Shown: in pieces, positions 39,060 to 50,977 of the stretch
Numbering within the stretch: the first letter of the stretch is position 1
Layout of the letters: every line of letters starts with the position of its first letter
NCBI GenBank assembly: GCA_038087875.1
Contig: CM075988.1
Location: 9,736,001 to 9,800,000, forward strand
Source of the DNA: Malacoraja senta
Taxonomy: Eukaryota
Length of the DNA: 64,000 nucleotides
Direction: 5' to 3'
Translations under genes and position numbers: made by a program
Notes under the pieces: model-generated
What the model saw: the letters and a program-made list of their open reading frames with translations, nothing else
Told to the model about the DNA's origin: nothing
Databases searched by the model: none

Positions 39060-39345
39060 TTAGACTACAAGAACAGCTTCTTCCCCTCTGTCACCAGGCT
39101 TCTGAATGGTCCTTCCATAAGCTTCGGTACTGTCTGATTCACCTCTACCCCATTGTAGATATTGATCTTGGTCTCTAGAACTGATGTGCTACAATGCTGA
39201 GAGCTATATTCTACTCATTGTAATACCTATTGTGCTTGAGTTTGATGTATAGCATATAGCTTATGTATAGCATATCTGCACAGTTTGGGTTGCATGAAAA
39301 CAAAGCTTTTCACTTTACCGCAGTACACATGATAATAATATAACT
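39060..39345 (+). mobile_element. Rex1/Babar-like 3' end
   Basis: AGAACAGCTTCTTCCCC (NSFFP) and a 3' UTR ending GCTTTTCACT..TACACATGATAATAA. Confidence 0.6.
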
Positions 39346-39371
39346 AAAAACAACCTAGAAATACCAGCGAT

Positions 39372-39750
39372 TGACACAAAATGCTGGAGTAACTCAGCAG
39401 GTCAGGCAGCATCGCTGGAGAAAAGGAATACGTGAGGTTTCGGGTCAAGACACTTCATCAGACTGAGAGTGAGGGAAGGGGAAACTAGAGGGATGGTACA
39501 ATACAAAGCAGAGCCTGCATCGATGATGCATGAATGGTGGAGCCCACAATGGTCCATTGTTGGCTGGGGAGGAGGTGATAACAAAGGGATAGAAAAGGGT
39601 GAAATTAGCAAGGTGACTAGGGTGGGGGAGGGATGGAGAGAGAGGGAATGCAAGGGTTAGAAAAATCAATATTCATGCTGCTGGGGTGAAAGTTGCCCAA
39701 ACAAAATATGAGGTTCTGTTCCTCCAATTTGCATATGCCCTCACTCTGAA
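39372..39750 (-). mobile_element. Penelope 3' end and pLTR
   Basis: pLTR with reverse-strand CTGATGAAGTGTCTTGACCCGAAAC and an endonuclease C-terminal remnant. Confidence 0.8.
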
Positions 39751-40574
39751 ATACCAGAGATTATGTGGCTTTATGAGGGAGAAATCTTCGGTTTTCAGAC
39801 TGCATTAGGCAGCAATTGTGGTCCTGAGTAATGATTACTTCTGCACTCAAATTATTTCATGGATCCAAAAATGTATAAAATGAAATGTCACATTGTTGAA
39901 CAGTGAAGCTTTGCTGGAGATAGAGAAGGGTATGGTCACCAGTGGAATCAACAGTGAGGTCTGTTTTAAAGAAGGAACTGCAGATGCTGGAAAATCGAAG
40001 GTACACAAAAATGCTGGAGAAACTCAGCGGGTGCAGCAGCATCTATGGAGCGAAGGAAATAGGTAACGTTTCGGGCCGAAACCCTTCTTCAGACTGATAG
40101 GGGGTGGGGAGAAGAAAGGAAAAAAGGAAAACGACGGAGGAGGAGCCCGAGGGCTGGGGGAGGGGAGTAGACAACCGGATGGCTGATGAAGGGGAGGGGA
40201 CAGCAAGGCCTAGCAGAATTGGGAGAATTCAATGTTCAAGCCCCCAGGATGTAGACTGCCCAAGCGGAATATGAGGTGCATTTCCTCCAATTTACGGTGT
40301 TGCTCGCTGTGGCCATGGAGGAGACCCAGGACAGAGACATCAGATACGGAATGGGAGGGGGAGTTGAAGTGCTGAGCCACCGGGAGGTCAGGTTGGTTAT
40401 TGCGGACCGACCGGAAGTGTTTGGCGAAACGATCGCCAAGCCTCCGCTTGGTCTCACCGATGTAGATCAGCTGGCATCTAGAGCAGCGGATGCAATAGAT
40501 GAGGTTGGAGGAGATGCAGGTTAACCTTCACCTCCCCCCTCTACTCCATTCAAGGACCCAAGCAGTCATTCCAG

Positions 40575-40901
40575 GTGCGACAGACGTTCACCTGCATCTC
40601 CTCCAACCTCATCTGTTGCATCCGCTGCTCTAGATGCCAGCTGATCTACATCGGTGAGACCAAGCGGAGGCTTGGCGATCGTTTCGCCGAACACCTCCGG
40701 TCGGTCCGCAATAACCAACCTGACCTCCCGGTGGCTCAGCACTTCAACTCCCCCTCCCATTCCGTATCTGATGTCTCTGTCCTGGGTCTCCTCCATGGCC
40801 ACAGCGAGCAACACCGTAAATTGGAGGAAATGCACCTCATATTCCGCTTGGGCAGTCTACATCCTGGGGGCTTGAACATTGAATTCTCCCAATTCTGCTA
40901 G
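40575..40901 (+). pseudogene. GIY-YIG endonuclease domain of a 5'-truncated Penelope ORF
   Basis: FTCISSNLICCIRCSRCQLIYIGETKRRLGDRFAEH..VAQHF..KLEE..I..L..L.PGGLN; open frame with no RT upstream. Confidence 0.92.
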
Positions 40902-41018
40902 CCCTTGCTGTCCCCTCCCCTTCATCAGCCATCCGGTTGTCTACTCCCCTCCCCCAGCCCTCGGGCTCCTCCTCCGCCTTTTTCCTTTTTTCCTTTCTTC
41001 TCCCCACCCCCTATCAGT

Positions 41019-41047
41019 CTGAAGAAGGGTTTCGGCCCGAAACGTTA
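41019..41047 (+). ncRNA. Minimal hammerhead-ribozyme-like core (mirror copy on the minus strand at 40064-40092)
   Basis: CUGAAGA-A-GGGU UUCG GCCC-GAAAC-GUU; palindromic ACGU stem III; stem I weak. Confidence 0.6.
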
Positions 41048-41334
41048 CCTATTTCCTTCGCTCCATAGATGCTGCTGCACCCGCTGAGTTTCTCCAGCAT
41101 TTTTGTGTACCAGTGAGGTATGTTTCTTCTGCTGCAGGTTGTAAAACAGCCTGCCCACCAGTCGCTGCTGTATCTAATGCATTCCTGCAGAGGGCAGGCA
41201 GCCCAAGCAACTGCTTTAAAGAATAGAAACAAGGAACTTCTGATGCTGGTTTACAAATCAAGGCACAGAAAATGGATAGATGACGTTAAGGGTTGGAACC
41301 CTTCTTGAGTGATTCAAAGGGATTTTAAAGGATG

Positions 41335-42050
41335 TGTCGGAAGGAACTGCAGATGCCGGTTTAAACCGAAGATGGACATAAAACAGATGGAGTAACTCAA
41401 CAAGTCATCCAGCATCTCTGGAAAAAAGGAAGGGTAGACATTTCAGGTCCCATCTTCAGACTGAGAGTCAGGGGAAAGGAAAATTAGAGATATAGACGTT
41501 GATATAGAACAAATAAATGAAAGGTGCATAAAAGGTGCGGCCTACTTCAAAGGACCTGGGAGAGTTCAGAAGTGCACATGAGTACGTCGGGAGATTGATA
41601 TTCCATTCTGGATTGGTCCCATTTTTCATCACTTTAGGCAATTTAATCACAGTTAGAATGTGGTGGACAACACGGGCAAGTTCTATGGCAACAACGTTAA
41701 ACACCAGATAAAACACAAAGTGCTGGAGTAACTCAGTGGATCAGACAGCATCCCTGGAGATCATGAATAGGCAATGTTACAGGTTGGGACCGTTCTTCAG
41801 GGATTCTGTTTGACCTGTTGAGTTACTCCTCCACTTTGTGTCTTTATTTTGTAAACAAGCATCTGCAGTTCCTTGGATAGACACAAAAAGCTGGAGTAAC
41901 TCAACGGATCAAACAGCATCTCTGGAGAAAAGGAATATGTGACGTTTCAGGTTGAGATCCTTCTTCAGACCCAAAATGTCACAAAAGTTACTCCAGCTTT
42001 TTGTGCCTCTCTTTGGTTTAAACCAGCATCTGCAGTTCGTTCCTACACAA
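41335..42050. mobile_element. Cluster of Penelope pLTR-derived repeats in both orientations
   Basis: Repeated GGAACTGCAGATGC, GCTGGAGTAACTCAG and CTTCTTCAGAC blocks. Confidence 0.75.
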
Positions 42051-42534
42051 CCTGTCTGCATTTGTTTCTACATTGTGTGATGTATCTAGAATTGACCTGT
42101 TAGTCAGTCTGATGTGTTAGCTATTTGATCTCTGGAATATGCCAGGTTGATAATTGGACACGTTAATGCATACCAACAACAGTTACATTGTATGCCACAT
42201 CCACAAGTGACTCACTTACATATTTAATTTTGATTATATTGCTCTGATTTCCCCGCATTGTAATAATTGCAAGATCAGTCTGTTAACTGTGTTTTTTCCT
42301 CAGATGCTCAAATGTCCATGGTGGTGTCTCTGGAATTATGGTTGCATCTTGATCTGATGAGTGTGCGACATTCTGATTCAACTCACACTGACCGACATCC
42401 TACTGACACGACTGGAATAAATTTGTCATCACAGATTCCTCCAGTATTGCCTGTTAAATCTCCCACCACAACGTTTTGGTCAGTGTGAACATAATATGTT
42501 TTTTTCCTCCAATCCACACTCGACACGAAACATC

Positions 42535-42853
42535 ACGGTGGCACAGCAGTAGAGTGGCTGCCTTACTGTGCCAGAGACTCGGGTTCAATCCTGACCAAGA
42601 GTTCTGTCTGTAGAGTTGGTACGTTCTCCCTGTGACCGCGTGGGTTTTCTCCTGGTGCTCTGGTTTCCTCCCACATTCCAAAGATTCACAGGTTTGTAGG
42701 TTAATTGGCCTCTGTAAATTGTGCAGTAGGTAGTTGTGTAGTGTAGTAGTTGTGTAGTGTGCAGGATAGATCTAGTGTATGGGTGATCGTTGGTCAGAAT
42801 GGACTCGGTGGGCCGGAGGGCCTGTTTCCAAGCTGTAACTAAACTAAACTAAA
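42535..42853 (+). mobile_element. HE1-type SINE
   Basis: Head, V core, TAAAC tail. Confidence 0.9.
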
Positions 42854-43444
42854 CATGATCATACACTGTTCCACTGATACCCCAACTTCTGCTTGATGCA
42901 CTTGTTCGTCCGTCATAATACCCTCATTTTCTTGTGTTGTGTAAACTGTTTCTCTTCGCCTCTTCCCAATAAATTGATGGGATGTGAATCATAACTTGGC
43001 TTTTGTTCCAGGTGCATTCTCTCTCCTCTGAGTCAAGATGTAATAAACTCAAAGCTGTCATGAATCAACAGCACTGCTGGGGTGAATCATGTGCAAGGTT
43101 CTGTTGCCTGACAGTTGGATACGAAGTTAGGTAAACAATGACTCATGGATAAACTCACATAACTTTGAAAAACTTGTTCCTTCAGAGCTTACTTAAAAAT
43201 AAGGAAGATGGATGGTATTGGGAAAATTATGAATGCTCCCGACTTCCACGCAAACCCTTCTACTTCTCCCACTCACGTGGCAGTCGATTGAGGTCTATTA
43301 TCTGACTCCTTCATATTTACACAAAGAACTGCAGATGCTGGAATCTTTAGAAAAACACACAAAGTGTTGGATTAACTCAGTGGATCCGGCAGCATCCGTG
43401 GATGGAATGGATAGGCAAAATTTCTGATTGGGACCCTTCCAAAT

Positions 43445-44640
43445 GACTTGGACATAAATGAGGATAGGTTGGTCAGTAAATTTGCAGATGTCACCAAAAT
43501 TGTTGGAGTTGCGGACAATGAAGAAGGCTATCAAAGCATGCAGTGGGAGATAGATTCATTACAGAAGTGGGTATGTAAATGGAAGATGGAGTTTAATCTG
43601 AGTAAGTGTGAGGTGTGCACTTTGGGAGGCTGAATGTAAGGGAAAGGCATGCGGTTGATGGCTAGACCCCTAACAGCATAGATGTGTCGGGGGGATCTTG
43701 GGGTTTGAGTCCATTGCTCCCTGAAAGTGGCAACACAAGTAGATAAAGTGATAAAGAAGGTGTATGGTTATAGTCCCCTTCCACAAGACTAGCGGGAATT
43801 CCTGGTTACTAACCATTGTAACTTCCCTTCCCATTCTCATACTGACTTTTCTGTCCTGGGCCTCCTCCATTGCCAGAGAGAGGCCACATGCAAAATGGGG
43901 GAACAACACCTCATTTTCCACCTTACTTTGACCAGCCCACCTATTCATCTAGATTTCTTTCTCCCCACCCTTGCAAACAGTCTGTAGAAGGGTCCCAACA
44001 CAAAACATCACCTATCCATTTTCTCCAGGGAACGTGACCCGTTGAATTACTTCAGCATTGTTGTGTCTTTCCTTGGTAAACCAGCATCTGCAGTTCCTTG
44101 ATTCTACATTGAGTAAAACAGTCAGCAAGTAAAGTTGAAGCTTTATATGTCTCTATAAAACTTTGGTTAGTCCACATATGGAAGGTTGCAAGCCGTTTTG
44201 GTTGCCCCATTACAGGAAGGACGTGAAGGCTTTCGAAAGGGTGCAAAAGAGGTTTACTGGAATCCTGTTTAGATTAGGGTGTATTAGCTACAAGGGCAGG
44301 TTGGCTAAACTTGAATTGTTTTCTCTGGAATGTCCTAGGTTAATGGGAGATCTGATAGAAGTATATTAAGTTATGAGAGACATAGATAAGGTAGACAGTC
44401 AGAACTACCTTATGTAGTTTTTCACATGGTGGAAATGCCTTAGTAAAGATGGAATAGCTTTATGTCAAGGAAGAATGTGTGGGGCAAGTAGCATTTAGAT
44501 TCTTATGGAGGCATATGGACATGCAGGGAATGGAGCGATATGGGTTATTTGCAGACAGATAAGAGTAGGTATGTTTGGCACAGACATTGTAGGCTGAAGG
44601 GCCTAGATGTGTGCTGTTCCATTCTATGTTCTATGTTCCA
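43445..44640 (+). mobile_element. Old CR1 fragment interrupted by a Penelope fragment (about 43795-44105)
   Basis: SKFADVTKI..WKMEFNLSKCEV; PHYRKDVKAFERVQKRFT..GDLIEVY. Confidence 0.8.
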
Positions 44641-45248
44641 TGACATTATGACTCCAAGACTCTAAGAATGGAATGGGCGATGGAGGGGAGTGCAAGCTGG
44701 CAGTGGGTGATGGAGAGAGGCACCAGACACCAATTTACATCAAAAAACACTTCCATGGAAAACACTTCCCAGTGGCCCTTCATCATGTGTAAGACTGGAC
44801 GTTGCAGTACATTGTTCTTGTTCAGTTACGAAACGATGCTTGGGGGTGCCATGATGTAGCGTGGGGGCCATGTTCTCTTCTCAAATGACCAGAGCTCAGA
44901 ACCAGGTCCTACAGAGATCGGACGAGCACGCAGATTGGACGCAGTGTGCAATGGCATGGAGAACGGAGCGGTGGGGGAGGACATCATCATCATCGCCAAA
45001 CCTGCAACACCGACCCAGTGATGCCGCCTGGACTTGAAACCTGAGGTGCACAAGATGGCGGTGGAAATGTGGCGACTCTTTTTATACAGCCTCAGTGAAG
45101 TCTACTACTCTTAAATGACAATTGTTGCTCTCTTGTACTAATGCATGATTGTGCTAATGTGTAGTATGATTTTTATGCGATTGCATGCAAAACAAAGAAT
45201 GTCCGTGCATCCATGCACATATGACAATAAAGTACTATTGAACTATGG

Positions 45249-45587
45249 AGGGTGGTACAGAGGCATAGCGAGGGTGGCACAGTGGCGTAGTGGTAGAGCT
45301 ACCGCCTTACAGCGCTAGCGACCCGGGTTCGATCCCGACGACTGGTGTTGTCTGTACGGAGTTTGTGCGTTCTCCTCCTGACCTGCGCAGGTTTACTCTG
45401 AGATTTTCGGTTTCCACCCACGCTCCAAAGATGTACAGGTTTGTAGGTTAATCGGCTTGGTATAAAATGTAGAAAATTGTCCCTTGTGTGTGTACGATAG
45501 TGCTAATGTGCGGGGATCGTTGGTCGTTGTGGACAAGGAGGGCCAAAAGGCCTGTTTCCGTGCTGTATCTCTAAACTAAACTAAACT
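45249..45587 (+). mobile_element. HE1-type SINE with duplicated 5' head
   Basis: GGGTGGTACAGAGGCATAGCGA followed by GGGTGGCACAGTGGCGTAGTGG; B-box GGTTCGATCCC; (TAAAC)3. Confidence 0.9.
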
Positions 45588-47879
45588 ACCATTAAGAATA
45601 AGAATGAAGAAGAAAGGACAAGAGGGAAGGAAGGATAAATGAGAGGAAGGAAGGATGAGAGAAATAAGGATGAACAAGGGATAGGAAGATTAAGGAATGA
45701 CAAGAGGGGGTAAAAGAAGGAAGAGAGGGAAGAAGGAACTGCCATTAATATAGCACATTATCTGCCTATATTCCTACCTGTGCTTTAATTTAAATAACAG
45801 TAACAAGATGACCAAATTGTTCGTAACTGTTGTTGGTTGAGAGATATTTACTGGTGAGGTGACTGGGAGGTGAATGCTTTCAGTTATGCACTGAGATGTC
45901 AGCTCCAATTAAATGCTCCAGTGCTTGGATCCATGATGCTTGGATTCTGAGGGGACAGGCCACCAAAGAGGAAAGGATTCATCGTTAAGTGTTCAGAAAT
46001 CCTTTGGATGGGAAGAAAGAGTATTTGAGTTCAATGTTAACAAAACATACAAGCACATCACTCTGATTGCATTCAGACCTAAGGGGGCTATGCGATCTGA
46101 GCTGTAACTGGTCCTGACAGAGGGGTTTAGGTTTATTATTGTCACATATATAAAATAGAGTGAAAGGCGTTGTTTTGAATGTTATACAAGCAAATCAGCT
46201 CACTTAATAACAACCATGAATGCAATCATGCCAAACTCAAGTACAATAGGTAGAGTGAAGAGAGAGGCAACGTACGCAGAATATAGTTTGCAGTGTAGTG
46301 GTATAATAGTTCCAGAGAAAAAGTGTGCAATGAGGTAGTTTGGAGAATTGGGATTGTACCCTAGTTTAGGGATGGACCATAAGAGGAGAATGGTTTCTGA
46401 ACTATTGTTCATTGCTGTTGGGCAATCTACTGTGTACAATTCTCGTTGATTTCTACCAATCTTATTACATCAAAATATTAATGAGAGGATCTTAAAAATC
46501 ATCAGCATTTTCAAGTAGGAAGTTAATTCCCCAATTGGTACATACTATCTGCCGATGGATTGACAGAATGGATGATGGAACGTCATTTGCTCTGTTAGAT
46601 GATCCCAAGACAAGGAAGTGTTGTCTCCAGATAAGTTATTATTCATTTGAGACTTGAAAGAGGCAACATTTCCTCAGTCGGGGAGAGTGAACCTTTGGGA
46701 CTTTTTACACTGATGTTAAAATATAATCCATTCATGAAGAGGATTAAAAATTGATATAAATGGACTTTTTGATTCTAAAGAGAATTAGCAGTGATAGAAA
46801 TTAAGCTGTAAAGAAGCTGGGCTGGGAATTATTGAACGGTGGTTAGCCGCCGAGAGTTTGTGATGTACACTTTGTTACATTTGTCCCAAAATAGATTGCA
46901 TTTATTTTTGATAAGCTAAATCACAGCTGAATTTATTCCATATATTTTTAGAATATAAATGGTGATCATTTGGGCTTGAGTACAGAATAAAAGGGAACCT
47001 TTTTATGCAAGTTTTTTTTAAGCTTCCCCTGATGATTATAAGGCAAATCGTGTTATTTGAATCCATTGTGTTGATTTGATCTTTGAAAGAACTGAAAGGG
47101 AATTTCAGTAGGCTAGGTGAGAAATATTATTATCAATGCTCCACCTCCAGCTGAGTATTAGCCTGTTATTCCTTGGCTCTTTCAAGAGAGTAAAAGATGC
47201 TTTGAACATCTCCTCCCAATACCGTGTCATCAGGTGTAACATTGCAATTTAGTCCGGAGCAATTGAACTGGTGCATCACCATTTTACTCCCATTTCCGAA
47301 CATTTTTCACTGGGCAAAACAAACAGCTCACGATCAGAGACGCAGGCATTACTCACTCCTACAGGGTCACTGCCCTTGTATTTTAAAAACTCCCTGTCAC
47401 AAATCTGCAAAATATTGCATTGAAAACAAACCACAAAGCTAATTAACCTTGCCTGAGTATTCCGATATAGTGCATCTCGCGTGAATCAGGTTTTCATTCC
47501 TCCGGTTATTTTTGCAGGAGCTTTTGTTTTCTTCGCTGTTTCTGTTTTCAATGACAGAAAGTGGCTTATAGCCTTATTGTGCTGTCAAATTGAATGTGTC
47601 AATTATAGAAAATGAAATATTGATTGGTTTGTAGTCAGTCAGCTGGAAGTACTGACCCTGCCTGTAAACAAGGATGATTTTAAATATAACCTCTTCTCTG
47701 CGACAGTTATTCCAGCAGACGAGGACACACATCACAGATCTGGCCTGAAGCCAGCAGAGCACCTGCGCTCTCCTGCCTTCTGTCGCTCTATACTGTGGGC
47801 TTCCTCTAGAAACACACAAAAAACATACTCTTATCACACATCCCCAAGGATTTTTAAGGCACGGCGATCTTTGAAAGTG

Positions 47880-48180
47880 AATAGTGAAAGGCCTGGATAG
47901 AGTTGATGTGGAAAGGGTGTTTTCACTAGTGGGAGAGTCCAGAACCAGAGGCCAAGAATAAAAGAACGTACCTTTAGAAAGACGATGAGAAGGATTTTTA
48001 TTTATTTATTTAGATTTAGAATTTACAGTTAGATTTAGCTCTTAGGGCTAATGGAATCAAGGGATATGGGGAAAAAGCAGGAACGGGGTACTGATTTGGA
48101 TGATCAGCCATGATCATATTGAATGGCCCTGCTGGATTGAAGGGTCGAATGAACTACACCTGCACCTATTTTCTATGTTT
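47880..48180 (+). mobile_element. CR1 3' fragments
   Basis: GGGAGAGTCCAGAACCAGAGGCC..GGAACGGGGTACTGA..CCTATTTTCTATG. Confidence 0.85.
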
Positions 48181-50977
48181 GTATATTTTTATGTTTGAGC
48201 TTCATCCTTTTTACCTTATAATCTTTCATTTGTATTATATGTACTTTGGGTCAGAAGCATTCATAGAGTCATGCAAACATACAGCACCGAAACAGGCCCT
48301 TCGGCCCGACTTGTCCATGCCGATCAAGATGCCTCGTCTAGGCTAGTCAAACCTGCCTGCATTTGGCCCATTCCCCTCTCAGGCGAAAGAAGAAACCATT
48401 GAGGTTCAACGTTCACTAATATTTAGGTTTCACTAAAGTTCAGTCTAACACTGAGACAAGATTCAAAACCCAAACAATATTCAGCACTGGTGATGCAAGG
48501 AATTGCAGATGGAGTAAATCAACGGGTCAGGCAGCATCTGTGGAGGGAATGGACAGGTGACATTTCAGGTCAGGACCCTTCTTCAGACAGATTGCAGTAG
48601 TGGGAAAGCTGGAAAAGAAGTGGGGGTTTAACAAAGCCTGGCAATTAATGGGTGGGTACAGGTGATGGGGGGTGGGTTTCTTTACTTCCAGTGTCCGGTT
48701 CCGGCGCTGTGCGCACGGCAGTCAGCCAACAGTCAACCGTCTTTTCCTTTATTTTTAATTATTTAATTCATTTTTATTTTGTATTTTTTTGGTTAGTTAG
48801 TTAGTTAATTGCACCATGTTGTGGTGGGAGGAAACATTTTATCTCTTTCCTCGTTGGGGAGATACTTTTTCACTGTGTCTCTGTCTCTGCACTGCAACAA
48901 TCAGGAGCTGGTCTCTATGTTGACTACACCAGGGATCAACTGCTGGAGCTCCGACCACTCCGACCGGCTGGCTTCACCGGGGTTACATCAGAAATCCCCA
49001 AGGAACTGAGGAGGAAATACAGGGGATGCCGGGTGGGAGTAAAACGACGTGCGGAGGTAATGAGGCACAAGCCATACTTGCCTTCCATCACAATGGGGAA
49101 TGTGAGATTGCTGGCAACAAGGTGGACGAGCTAGCTGCACTAGTGAGGACCCAGGGGGAGTACCCTGAGAGCAGGGTGCTGTGTTTCACGGAGTCATGGC
49201 TCCACGAGGACATCCCTGAGTTCAACACGAGTGTGGACGGCTTTCAGACTGTTCGGGCAGACAGGAGACTGCAGTGAGAGTGACAAGTGTAAAGGTGGGG
49301 GACTTGCTATTCTCGTTAACAACAAATGGTGCAAGCCCTGGTCACATCACGGTTAAGGAGCGTGTGTGTAGCCCGGACATTGAACTGATGGCTGTGGGTC
49401 TCCTTCCACACTATATGCCCAGGGAATTCTCACACACCATTGTGATGGCTGTTTACATTCCTCCGTCTGCCAACCCTCGGCACGTGTGTGACGTCATCCA
49501 CACAGTCACCGCGAGACTCCAGACACAACACCCGAGTGCTTTCATCGCAATCTCAGGGGACTTCAACCACGTGTCTTTGGACGCTACCCTAACCACTTTC
49601 ACTCAGTTTGTTGACTATCCAACCAGGGATATGAAAACATTGGAGCTGCTGTAAGGCAATGTTAAAGAGGCATGTAGCTCCATAGCCCTTCCGCCAATTG
49701 GAAGATCCGACCACAACCTGATCCACCTCCTACCCAGGTATAAGCCAATGGTCCAGAGGCTGCCTGTGACCACAAGCTCACAGGAGGCCTATGACGCTGT
49801 ACAAGGCTGTATTGAAGACACAGACTGGGACACACTCTGTAGTCCCCATGGAGAGGACATTGATGGACTCACGGACTGTGTTACCAGCTACATAAAGTTC
49901 TGTGTAGATAACGTTGTCCCTGAGGAGACTGGACACTGTTTCCCCAACATCAAGCCCTGGGTCACCAGTGACATAAAGGCCCTTCTCAACCAGAAGAAGA
50001 GGGCCCTCAGGAATGGTGACAGGGAGGAGGTGAAACGGGAGCAGAAAGACCTGAAGGCGAGACTGAGACAGGGCAAGGACAACTACAGGAGGAAGCTGGA
50101 GTGGAAAGTTCAGCAGAACAGGAGGGATGTGTGGAGCAGCATGAAGAACATTACATGCTACAAGAAGACCAGTGGCCTGGGGAAGGAATGCAATCAGTAC
50201 TGGTCCTGTTTTTTTAATAGATTTGATGGTGGGGCCTCTGCCCACCCTCCCCCCTGCTTCCCCCTCTATCCCCTTGGTCCACTTCCTCTGCCCTTTCCTT
50301 GTCGCGCCTGACCATCAAGGCTGAGCAGGTGAGGAAGGAGCTGAGCAGACTCCGCCCAGGCAAAGCCACGGGTCCTGAAGGTGCCAGCCCTAGGGTACAC
50401 AAGGCGTGTGCCAGCCAGTTGTGTGGAGTACTCCAGCATATCTTCAACCTGAGCCTGAGCCTGGAGAGGGTTCCTGTGATGTGGAAGACATCCTGCCTGG
50501 TTCCTGTACCAAAGAGGACGCGTCCCAGCTGCTCCAGAGATTACAGACCGGTGGCGCTGACTTCACACATCATGACGTCCCTGAAGAGGCTGGTGCTCAC
50601 TCACCTGGTGACCCCTGGTTAAACCATACCTGCACCTCCTGCAGTTTGCTTACCAAGCAATGTTGGGGATTGAGGAAGCCATCATCCACCTGCTCAATCA
50701 TTCCTAAGCTCACCTGGATAAGCCGGGAAGCATTGTGAGAGTCATGTTTTTTTACTTCTCAAGTGCTTTTAGCATGATCCGGTCTGCACTGCTAGAGAGC
50801 AAACTGACGAAGATGCGGGTGGATGCTCCACTGGTGTCCTGATCACCAACTACCTGACTGGACGACCACAATATGTCAGGCTACAGAACTGTGTCTCGGA
50901 CATGGTGAAGAGCAACACAGTGGCCCCACAGTGGACGGTCCTCTCTCCCTTCCTGTTTACCATCAACACCTCGTTAA

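Larger units (their letters stand above)
39967..41110. mobile_element. Penelope-like (probably Neptune-type) insertion forming a large inverted repeat
   Basis: Arms about 40000-40525 and 40586-41111, nearly identical; candidate TSD CAGTGAGGT(C/A)TGTTT at 39952-39966 and 41111-41125. Confidence 0.93.

Noticed and set aside
40276..40835. Duplicated ORFs on opposite strands
   Set aside because: A by-product of the Penelope inverted repeat; these are antisense or alternative frames.
41335..42050. Recurring short repeats resembling a CRISPR-like array
   Set aside because: Irregular spacing, mixed orientation and pLTR origin in a vertebrate context; no cas genes.
45601..45740. Purine-rich tract
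   Set aside because: Low-complexity sequence with no defined unit or supportable function.
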